A DNA stretch of 64,000 nucleotides, from contig JAWMAR010000427.1 of NCBI GenBank assembly GCA_036785375.1, positions 1,302,001 to 1,366,000 on the forward strand, given 5' to 3'. Made by a program: the position numbers and the translations under genes. Of the stretch, positions 1 to 11,262 are shown one piece after another; position 1 is the stretch's first letter, and every line of letters starts with the position of its first letter. The notes beneath the pieces are model-generated. The model ran no database searches. It was not told where the DNA came from and worked only from the letters and a program-made list of their open reading frames with translations. The stretch comes from Leucoraja ocellata (Eukaryota).

Positions 1-1571
1 TACTAAAATGTCCTCATTTTGTAGCAATTGGCTTGCACTTAGAGGATAAATTAGTGAATAATGAAGGACATTCAACAGATGCAGCAGAAAAACCACACAA
101 TACTGGTGGCTTTGACAATACAAGATCAGGCATAGTTCCTTCATACATTATTTGAAGTGATCTGTGCAGTTCCTGAAAATACTGACCTAGAATTATATCG
201 CTACACAATTTTTTCAAAATACCAAGACACACAGATTTATAGCTAGTTTTGTTCAGTATACAAGATCCAATAACCAGTCTACAATACAAGATCCAATAAT
301 TTGAGTATTGAGAGTTGTCAGAGTCATCAAGATTTCTCTATTTGAGGGAATTATAGTTAGATTTAGTCGAGACACAATTTGTTCAGATAAAACTTTCTGA
401 ACTGCCAGAATCAAGTAGTACATTAATTGTATGGCCATTGATGGATACTGTTGTAGCTGCATGAGACAAGCTCTGAGGAAATGCAGCTGTAATTGTATAT
501 AAAGAAGGCGTATACATGGCAGCAGTCCCAATTTTAGTAGTTGCTTTGGACTTGCATACTTTAGAATAATGTCCCTTCTTGCCACAACTATTACAAGTTG
601 CCTCTCAAGCAGAGTATCTCTCTCTCTTATGAATATTACTACTGCAAAAGTAACACTTCTTTTTTGAATAATTATATGCTGCAGCAAGGGCACCTTTATC
701 AGTAGAAATTGTTTCAGCTTGCTGCATATTAGTACTTGGGTGAAATTATTTTGTAGTAGTTGCATCAGAATACACATTAGATGAGCCATAAGCATTTGAA
801 TTTTTCTGAGCCAAGTTTAATGAGTAAGCTTGATTGTAAGCTGACTGTAAATCCAAGGTTTTGTTTTCTAATAGTCTCTGTCGTATTAAAGACGATGCCA
901 AACCATTGATCAAAGAGTCTCAAATAAGTTCCTGTCGATATTGATCAGCCGTAACTGCTTTGAAGGCAAAGACTTTACTAAGTCTTTGAAGTTCTCGTAA
1001 AAATTCATCGTGACTCACCAGGTTTTTGTTTCCGAGTAGCAAGGAGGTGTCGAGCGAATATCACGTTGGGTGTCTTAACAAAGAGTCTGCTTAGTACATT
1101 AGTAGCAGAATCATAAGTTGTACATTCCTGTATGTAATCATATACATCAGAAGAGAATGAGCTTATTAATGTCTTGAGTCTGTCTGGTGTATCATTGCCA
1201 CACCCATCAAAGAAGTTATTTAGTATATGAAGCCCGTGCTTCCAATCCTTTGCAGCAGCAGGTGAGTTTGGATCCAGATCCAAGCATTATGGTTTCAATA
1301 GTTTCTCCATCCCGATGTCGGACTGCTTGACTTCTAAGATTGGGTTGCTTAAATTGTTGTGAGGAAAATGAAACTTTACACTACTTGTAATTTATTTAAC
1401 TTTATTTAAGCTTTAAGCAACTCATTTCTATGATACATAAACTCAAAAACATCTGGTAAACATGGCTGATTCCGCAGGCCTTTCCCGCCTGCACATGCGC
1501 ACATGCGCCCACTTCAGTATCATTCCCCACTTTCATTAAAATAGAAGCAAAGAATTTGTTTAGACCCAACA
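1..1571 (-). mobile_element. Decayed Ty3/Gypsy LTR retrotransposon, 5' part (LTR-gag-protease), continuing off the window's left edge
   Basis: Minus strand: gag-like start at ATG ~1309 (MEKLLKP*CLDLDPNSPAAAKDWKH...RLFVKTPNVIFARHLLATRKQKPGES), zinc knuckle CNSCGKKGHYSKVC (~556-600), aspartic protease INGHTINVLLDSGSSESFI (~385-442); stops and frameshifts present. Confidence 0.9.
1355..1571 (-). repeat. 5' LTR of the Gypsy element (217 bp)
   Basis: TGTTG...CAACA inverted termini at 1355-1359 and 1567-1571; AATAAA on minus strand (~1401-1406); lies just upstream of the gag ATG. Confidence 0.8.
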
Positions 1572-1624
1572 CCATTTATTCCACTGTTGAAAATAAATTA
1601 TCTTCCTGGTCTCCAATAAATGTT

Positions 1625-2780
1625 TTTGTCTTGATCTAATTTCTTAGATTTGGAGTCACACAGCAGAGAAGCAAGCCTGTCAGCACACAATGTCCATGCC
1701 TACCTATACCAATCCTATACACCAGCACCTGGCCACTTGGCCAAAACACAGATTATTGTGTACAGTTCTGGTCACCACACGGCAAGAAGGATGTGGTAGC
1801 AATAGAAAGAGTGCAGAAAGGATTCACCTGGATTTACCTGGAATGGAGGGCTTTCATTATATGTTGGATAAGCTGGGTTTATTCTCACTAAATGAGGCAG
1901 AGACATTATTTTATAAAAGGTTATAACACAATGAGCTTAAATAGGATAGCCAGAACCTTTTTTTTGAGGAGAGAGGAATCTAGTGCTAGAAAGCGCAGGT
2001 TTAAGGTGAGAAGATAGAAATTTAAAAAAGATCTGAGGAGTACGTTTTTCACACAGGTGGCAGATATCTAGAAAGAGCTGCTAGAGAAGGCGGTGGAGGC
2101 AGATATAATTACAAAATGTAAATGCATTTGGTGAGGTATTTGGATAGGAAAAAAAAGGAATAAAGGCCTAATGTGCATCAATGGGATTGGTGTAGACAGG
2201 TGACATGGACAAGGTGTTCTGAAGGGCGTGTTTCTGTGCAGTCTGTTTGTATGATCTGTAGACTTCTCATTTGCAATTCAAGTGCTTGTTTAGATACTTA
2301 TTAAATAACTAGAGTACCTGCTGTTGGACTGTGAAAGAGCCACATGGAGAATGGAGCAGTAGATATAAACGGCCTTTATTCAGCTCGAGCAGCAGGCATT
2401 CTGGAGAATATATCTCTCTCTTGGGGACTCTCATTGGAGGCACCTTATCTAAAAAAGGATATTACAGCATTGGAGGCAGCACAAAGGAGGTTCACCAGGC
2501 TAATTCTTGTCCTATCAAGATTTCATAACTCCATAAGTTATAGGAGCAGAATTAGGCCATTCGGGCCATCATGTCTAATCCGCCATTCAATCACAGCTGA
2601 TCTATTTTTCCCTCTCAACCACACTCACCGGCCTTCCCCCCATAACCCATGACACGAAGAGATGGCAGGAATTTTTGGTCTATATTCCCTGGAGTATAAA
2701 AGAATGAGGGGGTGACTTTCATCAAATATATAAGATCCTAAGGAGGGTTTGACAGGGTAGGTCTTGAGAGTCATAAATGA
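1625..2780. mobile_element. Cluster of decayed CR1 (HER1-type) LINE 3' fragments, both orientations
   Basis: Remnants of CR1 ORF2 C-terminus (APYLKKDITALEAAQRRFTRLI in ORF 2344-2652) and typical 3' UTR sequence. Confidence 0.7.
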
Positions 2781-2849
2781 ATGGACAGAGCTACAAAATA
2801 AGGAACGTCTAAGATGACCAATCCTGAGCCCAGCACACAGATGCAATCA

Positions 2850-3235
2850 CAAAGAAGGCTCACTAGTGTCTCTACTTTCTGGGAAGTTTAAAGATGGTTT
2901 GTCTCTGTATATACTAACAGATGGCACTGTAGCAAGTATCCTGACCCGGTTGCATCATTGCCTGGTACGGCAATTCCAATGCACCAAGACGTAAGACACT
3001 GCAGAGAGTGGTGGATTCACGGGTCATCACTGGCACAGTGTGTTACCCCAACCCCCCACCACCCCCTCCCCCTTGGAAAGCTTCTACATGATGCCCTACC
3101 TTGAGAAGGCATTGGGCCATGCCCTCCCTGTTCACTGTTACTATCAGGCAGGAGTTGCAGAAGCATGACATGCCACCTTACCAAGTTCAGGATCAGCTAT
3201 TTTCCTACTACTATCAGGTTCTTGACCACCTTTTG
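2850..3235 (+). mobile_element. Decayed Rex1/Babar LINE fragment
   Basis: Remnant SILTGCIIAWYGNS...LQRVVDS...SLLLSGRSCRSM, matching the clearer Rex1 copies at 39074 and 48337. Confidence 0.65.
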
Positions 3236-3264
3236 CACTACTATGGACGCATTTTCCAATAGTG

Positions 3265-3394
3265 TGTAGGAAGGAACTTCAGAATGTAGTTTACACTGAG
3301 GATAGATACAAAATGCCGGAGTACCTCAGCGGGTCAGGCAGCATCTCTGAAGAAAAGGAATAAGTGACGGTTTCGGGTCGAGACCTTTCTTCAG
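3265..3394 (-). mobile_element. Penelope-derived terminal repeat with hammerhead-like core
   Basis: Minus strand CTGAAGA-AAGGTCTCGACCC-GAAAC-CGTC; homologous to the 3' terminus of the GIY-YIG element at 50331-50430. Confidence 0.75.
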
Positions 3395-3399
3395 AAAAA

Positions 3400-3670
3400 A
3401 ATTCCTTTTGATGCCGATTAATTCTGGTTGAAGCAGAACGGTTGTTTTCGCATATAAACCTTGAGCCGGGCTGAAGACAAATCATGCTTTAAATTCTGCA
3501 ATGTTTTCACTGCAGTGTAGATAAACTGCACTTCAATATAGATCTTTATCCAAGAAATACTTTATTCATAATATCTACAATAAATATAGTCGGTAGATAT
3601 CTTTGTCCACATTTATTGCACCATTATTTTAATATCTTTAGTGATCAATATCACTCATGTTTCTGCCTTA
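3400..3670 (+). repeat. Direct repeat copy 1 (paralogous to 6161-6439)
   Basis: Colinear shared sequence, e.g. gctgaagacaaatcatgctttaaatt, caatatagatctttatccaa, tgatcaatatcactc. Confidence 0.9.
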
Positions 3671-4035
3671 AGGGGCTGTCCCACTGCAGTGACCTAATTG
3701 ACGAGTTTAGACGAGTTTAGGAGGGTTTGAAAAAGTGTCATGTTGAAGACCTCCTTCGACTATGTAGAAGACCTCCTTCAACCTCCTTCGACTATGTTGA
3801 AGACTAGCTTTGACTAGCTTCGGGAAAATTGGACACCGAATAGTGGATAGTGAAGATGACCTCTTTAGATCTCCTTAGACCTCTCTTCGACTATGTTGAA
3901 GACTATCTACGACTACCTTCGATGACCTTTGACTACCCTCGATTACCTATGAATGACATGCCGACCTACTATGACCTACTCGACTAAACCTACGAGTAAA
4001 TAAAATATTGATTTTTTCTATGGCAACCTTTTTTA
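3671..4035. mobile_element. PIF/Harbinger-type MITE, left half only
   Basis: TTA followed by TIR AGGGGCTGTCCCACT; subterminal cctccttcgactatg repeats; colinear with the complete copy at 43659-44101. Confidence 0.85.
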
Positions 4036-4037
4036 AG

Positions 4038-4222
4038 TTCCGCGTCCACCACGATGTGGAGCTCTTCTTCCGTCGTCTCCGCATCAAAATGTTTTTCCAT
4101 GGGAAGGAATCCTCATCCCCCCCAGTGATGACCCCTTCTCCCGAGTCCAATGGACCCCCTCAATTTGGACTCCCCCTCATGGCCACCTACCTGCTTTAGA
4201 CCTTTTTTATTTTAAACTGCCG
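4038..4222 (+). mobile_element. Penelope-like element ORF N-terminal fragment, inverted relative to the adjacent RT piece
   Basis: FRVHHDVELFFRRLRIKMFFHGKE...DDPFSR...WTPPHGHLPALDLFI, typical of the region preceding vertebrate PLE RT. Confidence 0.75.
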
Positions 4223-5075
4223 AAAGGGGAGGAGATGGGAAGATGTGGCCAGTGGTGGGATCCCGTTGGAGGTGGTGAAAATGTCGGAGGATTATCTGTT
4301 GTATGTGATGGCTGGTAGGGTGAAAGGTGGGGACAAGGGGTCTCTGCCCTTGTTACGAGTGGGGGGATGGGGAGTGAGTGCAGAGTTATGGGGTATAGAA
4401 GAGACCCTGGTGAGAGCCTCATCTATAGTAGAATAGGGGAACCCCCATTCCCCAAAGAATTAGGACATCTCCAATGCCCTGATGTGGAACACTTCATCCT
4501 GGGTGCAGATGTGGCATAGATGGAGGAATTGGGAGTAGGGGATGGAGTCCTTACAGGAAGCAAGGTGGGAAGAAGTGTAGTCCAGATAGCCGTGGGAGTC
4601 AGTGAGTTTATATAGTAGATATCGGTCAGTAGTCTGTCACCTGTAATGGAGATAGTGAGGTCTAGAAACAATAGGGAGATGTTGGAAATGGTCCAGGTGA
4701 ATTTGAGTGCCGGATGGAAGTTAATGGTGAAATGGATGAAGTCAGTGAGTTGTGTGCGGGTGCAGGAGGTAGCACCAATGCAGTCGTCGATGTAGCGGAG
4801 GTAGAGGTCGGGGATAGGGCCACGGTACGCCTCGAACAAGGATTGTTCGACGTACCCTACAAAGAGGCGGGCATAGCTTGGGCCCATGTGAGTGCCCATA
4901 GCTCCGCCTTAGTTTTGGAGGAAATGGGAGGAGTCAAACGAAAAGTTGTTAAGTGTCAGGACCAGCTCCGCTAGGCAGAGGAGAGTATCGGTAGGCGGGG
5001 ATTGGTTGGTTCTACGGTCGAGGACAAAATGGAGGGCTTTAAGACCCTCCTGGTGAGGGGTGGAGGTGAAGGTCC
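4223..5075 (-). pseudogene. Penelope-like element reverse transcriptase fragment
   Basis: LAELVLTLNNFSFDSSHFLQ...MGTHMGPSYARLFVGYVEQ...YLRYIDDCIG...FHPALKFTW...FLDL (PLE RT with YIDD); frameshifted. Confidence 0.92.
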
Positions 5076-5111
5076 TTTCTTCTTCCCGCCCCCCCCCCCC
5101 CCACCCCCACA

Positions 5112-5210
5112 TCAGTTTGAAGAAAGTCTCGACCCGAAACGTCGCCTATTTCCATAGCTCCATGGATGCTGCCTCATCCGCTGAGTTTCGCCAACATTTT
5201 TGTCTGCTCT
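5112..5210 (+). mobile_element. Penelope-derived terminal repeat, mutated hammerhead core
   Basis: tcagtTTGAAGAaagtctcgacccGAAACGTC...gctgagtttc. Confidence 0.7.
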
Positions 5211-5499
5211 CTGGTTGGTGATAGGATGGTCTTTGCACGAATGAAGTCTTTGCACTAATGTATTGCTTTTTATTATTTTATCTGTAATTTGTGTATAATT
5301 TAGGTACAATTTTTGTTTTCTGTGTTTGAGTCTATGTGCGTGTGATGCTCCTGTGAGCAAGATTTTTAATTGTACCTGTGCCTTATCATACAAGTGCATA
5401 TGACAATCAACTTGAAACTTGACTCGATTTGGTGGATTTTGACAGAAACAGCATTGGTGGAATTTTTCCAGTAGTTTGAAATGCCTACTGCAGAGAGTC

Positions 5500-5850
5500 C
5501 AGGACTCAGAATAGTACCGGAGGGTTGAGAATGCTGCTGCCAGTTAAACCATGAGGTTGATCTTCAGAAACCTTTTCTTCTGTTGGCCAAAGGCTATAGT
5601 GGCACACGGTGGTGAATATCTTCATCAATGTCTGCCCTTGATAAGAGGTGGTTCCCAAGATGTGGGATGCGCTCTATGGTATCTAAAGTCTCACTACGAA
5701 TCTGAAGTGTTGGAGGCCAGTATGGCACACTGTGGGTAGTTTTGTACAAGAGCTTGGTTTTGTGGAGGTTGAGAGTAAGACCCATCCACTACCACGCTTC
5801 AAAGAATGATTAAAGCGGTTATGAGGCTTTGCTTCCGAGAATATATACGT
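5500..5850 (-). mobile_element. RTE (BovB-like) LINE RT fragment
   Basis: MGLTLNLHKTKLLY...PHLGNHLLSRADIDEDIHHR, matching the RTE motif GLxxNxxKTK...YLGSxLS..xxIDxEI. Confidence 0.75.
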
Positions 5851-6160
5851 TCAATCATCAAGTGCTTGTGGTTTGGATGCTTTTTTCCCATTGGGAGGAT
5901 GCAGTTGAGGAGGATCCAGGTGACAATGTGACAACATGACAATAAATTCAACTTGACTTGGCTTGAAGATACTTTCGAGTATACAGGTACTTGAATGGGA
6001 AAAATTCAGCATAATGCTTTCTGTTTTTTTAATGTTGTGGTTATTTTGTTGTATGCTGCAATGGCAACTCAAATTTCACTATATTAGTTGGTGTATGTGA
6101 CAATAAATGTCCTTTGTCCTTTGTTCTGTTTCTCGGAAGGATTACAGTTGCAGTAAAAAC

Positions 6161-6439
6161 AAATTCTTTCAATGACGATTAATTCTGGTTTGAGCGGAAA
6201 GGTCAGTTTCTCGTGTGAACCTTGAGCTGTGCTGAAGACAAATCATGCTTTAAATTTCTGCAATGTTTTCACACAGTGTAGATTATACTGCAATTCAATA
6301 TAGATCTTTATCCAAAATATACTTTATTCATAATGTCTACAGTAAACGTAGTTGGTAGATATCTTTGTCTACTTTTTATTGCACCATTAATTTAATATCT
6401 TCTTTACAATGATCAATATCACTCGTGTTTCTTCCTTAA
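6161..6439 (+). repeat. Direct repeat copy 2 (paralogous to 3400-3670)
   Basis: Colinear with 3400-3670 with scattered substitutions and indels. Confidence 0.9.
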
Positions 6440-6745
6440 AATAGCCGTGAAGTGTTTGAGAGGCTGCTACACAGGCGCTAGCTTGTTTGGCAGGACTCTA
6501 GACTGCGGTCCTTCCCCACAGAGCCTTTGTGGTGGCTGCACAGAGCTTCCTCAGCATATACTTCTGCACCTTGCAATGTTACCTATGGACATCTCCTTAC
6601 ACTAGAAGACCAACAAGTTTCAAGCAGACCAAAGTGGGTCTTTCGCTGAGTTGATAATCAGCCAGCAACAGTTGTTATTTTTCTGTGTGTGTCCCAGGGC
6701 AGAACCTATACATTAGAGCAGAGAAACAAGGAACTGGATTGAGGT
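6310..6745 (-). mobile_element. L1/Tx1-like LINE 3' end, decayed
   Basis: Minus remnant of PGTHTExNNCCWLIINSAKDPLWSAxNLLVF...LCAATTKALWGRTAV, then 3' UTR ending near tactttattcata. Confidence 0.65.
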
Positions 6746-7229
6746 GTGAGTATCTAGGCTTTGGGGAGATTTGACCATGATGCTGCCTGGATTAGAAGGT
6801 ATCAATTATAAGAAAAGGTTGGACAAACTTGGATTGATTTTTCGGTACCAACAGATCTGAGGGGAGACAAGAGAAGTATTTAAAATTATAAATAGAATGG
6901 AAACTCAGACTTTTTCTCAGAGTGAAAATGTCAAAAAAAGAGGGCAAAGCTATAAGGTCAGGATGTGTGAGTTTAAAGGAGAGTTGCCTGACAGGTTTTT
7001 TACATTTTAATGGGTCTATATGCAGAGGATAGGATGAAGCACAAAGCACCTTGCTAGGCTCAAGTTGATCATAGAGTCGCCTCAGGAAGGATTGGTTCAA
7101 TTAGAAGCACTGCTGCTTTACATGGCGAGGGATAGGAATCGCCCTTCTGTCGAATTACAAATACCACTGAGAGGCCATTGGACCAAAGCTGGCCGACTAT
7201 GAACCAACTGCTCCATAATAGCAAAGATC

Positions 7230-8100
7230 TCTAGTGCTGGTCACTCAGGGGGTCAGGCAGCATCTCTGGAGGACATGGATAGCCTATGCTTTGGGTTGGG
7301 CCCTTCTTCAGGCTGATTGCAGTAGAGCAGATGGAGCTGGAAGAGAAGTGGGGGCAGGATAAAGGTAGGCAAGTGATAGGTGGATACAGGTGAGCAGGAT
7401 TTATTGGCAGATGGGTGGACACTCTTGGTTACTAACTATTTTAACACCCCTTGCCATTTCCATACCAATCTTTAGATCCTCAGCCTCCTCCATTGCCAAA
7501 ATGAGGACATATGCAAATTGGAGAAACAACAACTCATATTCCACTCTGGCTCACAACCCAACAGTATGAAGACTGAATTCTCCACTATCATGTATTACCC
7601 TCCCCTCCCCCGCCCACACCATCTCCCTCTCCTTCCCGTTGCTCTTCCACCCCACTGTGCACATATTTCTCCCACCACTCCATCATTTTGCTTCCTTCCC
7701 TTTCTTCCCACGTTCAGCTCCCATCCCCGAGTGCCCCATTTTTCTTTTACCCCCTCCCCCCCCCCTCTCTTTCCCCTCCCTCTGTCCTCTTCCAAACATA
7801 CTGTATCCCCCCCTCTGGCTTTAGATTTCACTCCTCCTCTCCTCTCCTCTCCTCTTGTCTCCTTTTCACCTCTTGCCTTTGCCATTTACTCCACCCATCT
7901 ACCAAAAAACTCCCCCCCTCCCTCCCCTGCATTACCTATCGGTTACGAGGTTTTGTCCCAACAGCACCTCCTTTTCAGATTTCTCCCCCCACCCCCCACC
8001 CACACTGAAGAAAGGTTCTGACTCGAACCCTTGTCTGCCCATTCCCCCCACATATGCTCAGTGACTTGCTGCGTTCCTGCAGCACCTTGTGCTTTAACCT
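7230..8100 (+). mobile_element. Penelope-like element 3' end: GIY-YIG tail, pyrimidine-rich UTR, terminal repeat, with an inverted terminal copy at 7230-7420
   Basis: KLEKQQLIFHSGSQPNSMKTEFS homologous to ORF 49893-50219; CTGAAGA core at ~8005. Confidence 0.8.
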
Positions 8101-9072
8101 GACAACATGCACGTGTTGCCAATTAAACGCAGCGCTGAACGAAACACACCAGACAATTACTTTTATTAATAAATACACTTCTTTATTAATTGCAATTAGT
8201 TCAAACATCCCAACGGTTCGCTACAAAGTTTCCGATAATAACTCTTTAGTTTCTCAACTCTTTTAGTTGCATATCTTCCAAGATTCAGTACATGTATTCA
8301 GATATTTCAGATGAACCTGGTCTGGTCCACACTTTATGTGCAAGTGATGAATAAAACTGATATTGATATTGATTGATATTGGGTTCAACGATGAGTTCTC
8401 TGAATCCATGACTCTGGGTCATTTTCCACAGTGGATGGTCTCCAGAATCACTCGTGCCAATCATTCCATGAGGCACCTATCTACACATTTCTTTACATGC
8501 CTTCTGGACATTGCTTTGATTTGTTTTACTGCCAATTGTGCAGCTATGTCCATTAATTTCCTTACCGTATGTATACTTGATTCTTTGAGTTCCTGCTGGC
8601 TCCTATAATCACTCCAAAAACTGTAGCTACCAGTACTGTAATTATCAGGGAGTCTGTTTACACATCTGCACAGGATTTATTCCAAGAACATCTGGTTTGG
8701 TTTATTCTGTTGTCCAGGATAGTGGGAAATTTTACAGGGCTGTAAAGCTTTTCTGAGCCACTGTATGTTCTCACTTTGATACTAACCAGATCTCCAAATG
8801 CCAGCCTGATTCTGTTCATGTAGTCCCACACCACACTTTGTCATGTTTCCTTGTTGTTTCAATCTCCAAATATATCTGTTTCTCTGCCTCTCTCTTTATT
8901 GCCCTTGTTATCTCACTCTCCACCTACCCTGGCTCTCTTTTTCCACGCTCACTTTCTTTATCTCCCTCCCTCTCCTTATCTTTCTCAACTTTATCTCTTC
9001 CTCTCTTTATCTTTCTCCCTATTTTTCTCCACCATTCTTTATTTTTCATACTTTCTCCTTCTGCCTGACACT

Positions 9073-9348
9073 TCTAGCACAGATAGACAAGGAACCGAAG
9101 GTCTTTAGCATGCTTCATATGGCGGGCGAATCAAAAAGATCTTTATTGTTGAAGTAAAGAGAACAACACACACGGGAATGGGGGGAGACTGAGCCGGGGC
9201 TCACGACATAGACTGGGGCACACCCCTACACCCCGTGCCAACTCATTTCCCCTATTACTCAGTCACGTGACCCTATCCCCGACTACCGAGGGTTTGCATA
9301 GTAAGTGGCCTAACCACTGGGCGGTTGTTATTGGGAGTTATGACATCA
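9073..9348 (-). mobile_element. Possible LTR (solo, or 5' LTR of a decayed element extending to ~8100)
   Basis: CpG-containing ~275-bp block with minus-strand AATAAAGATC and an E-box; minus-strand 5' end TGATG; termini imperfect. Confidence 0.35.
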
Positions 9349-9954
9349 GAAGGTGTTAGTGAGATATCACAGTGTCCAGTTCTGGTTGCTTAGTGATAAG
9401 AAGGATGTTATTAAGCTGGAAAGGGTACAGGAAAGATTCACAAGGATGTTATATAGCTATACTGCAAGGAAACAGGGTATTTAACCCACTTTGGCCATGT
9501 TGACCATGTTGGCATTCTGTGCTAGTCCCACCTACCTGCATTTGGCCTATATTCTTCTTAATTATTTATTTACTGACTTACTTACTGCCTATTATACCGT
9601 TAAAGCTGTGCATTAAAGGTAACACATTAAAACTAACACAAGATGGCAGTGTTCACTACTGGAAATCTGTAATAAGCATGGAAAATACTGAAAATACACA
9701 GTTTGCAGGTGGTGCACAGGTTAAGTGAATGGACGAGTAATCCAGAGGCCCTGGCAACAACCCAGAGTTCAAACTCCACCCCGGCAGCTGTGGAATTTAA
9801 ATACAAACCCAATCAGAACCAGAAGCCCGAGTTTGACTTTGATCATAGGTGCTGCTTATGTGGAGGTTGCACGTTCTCTATGTGGCAATGTGGTTTCCAC
9901 CGGATTTCCCGCATTCCAAAGCCATACGTTTGTCAGTTAACAGGCCTCTATAAA

Positions 9955-10390
9955 TTGTGATACAGTGTGGAAACAGGCCCTTTGGCCTAACTTGCTTACA
10001 CCGACCACCATTTCCCATCTACACAGGTCCCAATTGCCTGCGTTTGGCCCATCTCCCTCTAAACCTGTCCTATTTATGTACTTGTCTAATTGCTTCTTAA
10101 ACATTGCGATAGTCCCTGCCTCAACCACCTCCTCCAGCAGCTCATTCCGTACAACCACCACCCTTTGCGTGAAAAAGTTACCCCTCAGATTCCTATAAAA
10201 TCTTTCCACCTTTACCTTAAACCTATGCCCTCTGATTCTTGATTTCCACACTCTCATAGGTGTCCACCTATTCCTCTCATGATTTTGTACACTTATATAA
10301 GATCACCCCTCATCCTCCTGCGCTCTAGGGAATAGAGTCCCATCCTGCTCAACCTCTCCTTCTAGTTTAGACCCTCGAGTCCTGGCAATA
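9955..10390 (-). mobile_element. CR1 LINE 3' end
   Basis: ORF SRIRGHRFKVKVERFYRNLRGNFFTQRVVVVRNELLEEVVEAGTIAMFKKQLDKY. Confidence 0.9.
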
Positions 10391-10479
10391 TTGCCCGATT
10401 AAACATTCCTGAACACACTTGTCAAATTCCACCCCATTGAAGCCCTTGGTACAATGGCAGTCCCAGTCTATATCAGGAA

Positions 10480-11160
10480 TACCGTATCAGTTGACAATAT
10501 GGGCAGAGAAACAGCAGATAGAGTTTGTAAGGACGAGTGTGCGCTGTTGCATTTTGTGAAGTTAAATGCAAGTAAAAAATGTATCCTTAAATGGAAAAAC
10601 CCTTAGGGGCAATGTTGTCAAGAGGGATCTTTGGATACAATCCACAGCTCACTGAAAGTTGCAACACCAAAATATAAGGTGGTAAAGAGGACATATATAC
10701 ACCCAATTGCCTTCATCGGTTGGGCATTGGGTATAAATGTCAGGAAGTCATGTTGCAGCTTTATATAACTTTGGTTATATTGTGTACTGTGTGCAATATT
10801 TAAGTATTGTGTGCATTTTTGGTTGCCTCATTACAGGAAGGATGTAAAGGCTTTGGAGATGGTAGAGCAGAGATTTACTACATTGCTGCCTGGATTGGAG
10901 TGTATTAGCAATAAGTAAGGGCTGGTCAAACTTAGATTGTTTTTGCTGCAGAGTCAGAGGTTGAGGGAAGACCTGATTAAAGTATATGAAATGATGACAG
11001 GCAGAGATATGCTGGATAAATTGTTATATGCCAAGAATATGCAGCCAGAGGAAGTGGTGGAACAAATACGATAGTGGCATTTAAGAAGCATTTAGATCGT
11101 CATGTGAACAGGTAGGGCATGGAGGGTATAGGATACAGACCATGTGCAGGCAGCGTAGCT
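10480..11160 (+). mobile_element. Decayed CR1 LINE ORF2 3' region
   Basis: Remnants such as gagggatctt..., ttacaggaaggatgt..gctttggag, gagggaagacctgat. Confidence 0.7.
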
Positions 11161-11172
11161 TAAATTAACATT

Positions 11173-11262
11173 GACACAAAATGCTGGAGTAACTCCGCGG
11201 GCCAGGCAGCATCTCTGGATAGAAGGAATGGGTGACCTTTCGGGTCGAGACCCTTCTTCAGA
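11173..11262 (-). mobile_element. Penelope-derived terminal repeat with hammerhead-like core
   Basis: Minus strand CTGAAGA-AGGGTCTCGACCC-GAAAG-GTC. Confidence 0.75.

Noticed and set aside
7518-8064. Pro/Ser/Leu-rich ORFs
   Set aside because: Pyrimidine-rich Penelope 3' UTR; only the first ~23 aa are GIY-YIG remnant.
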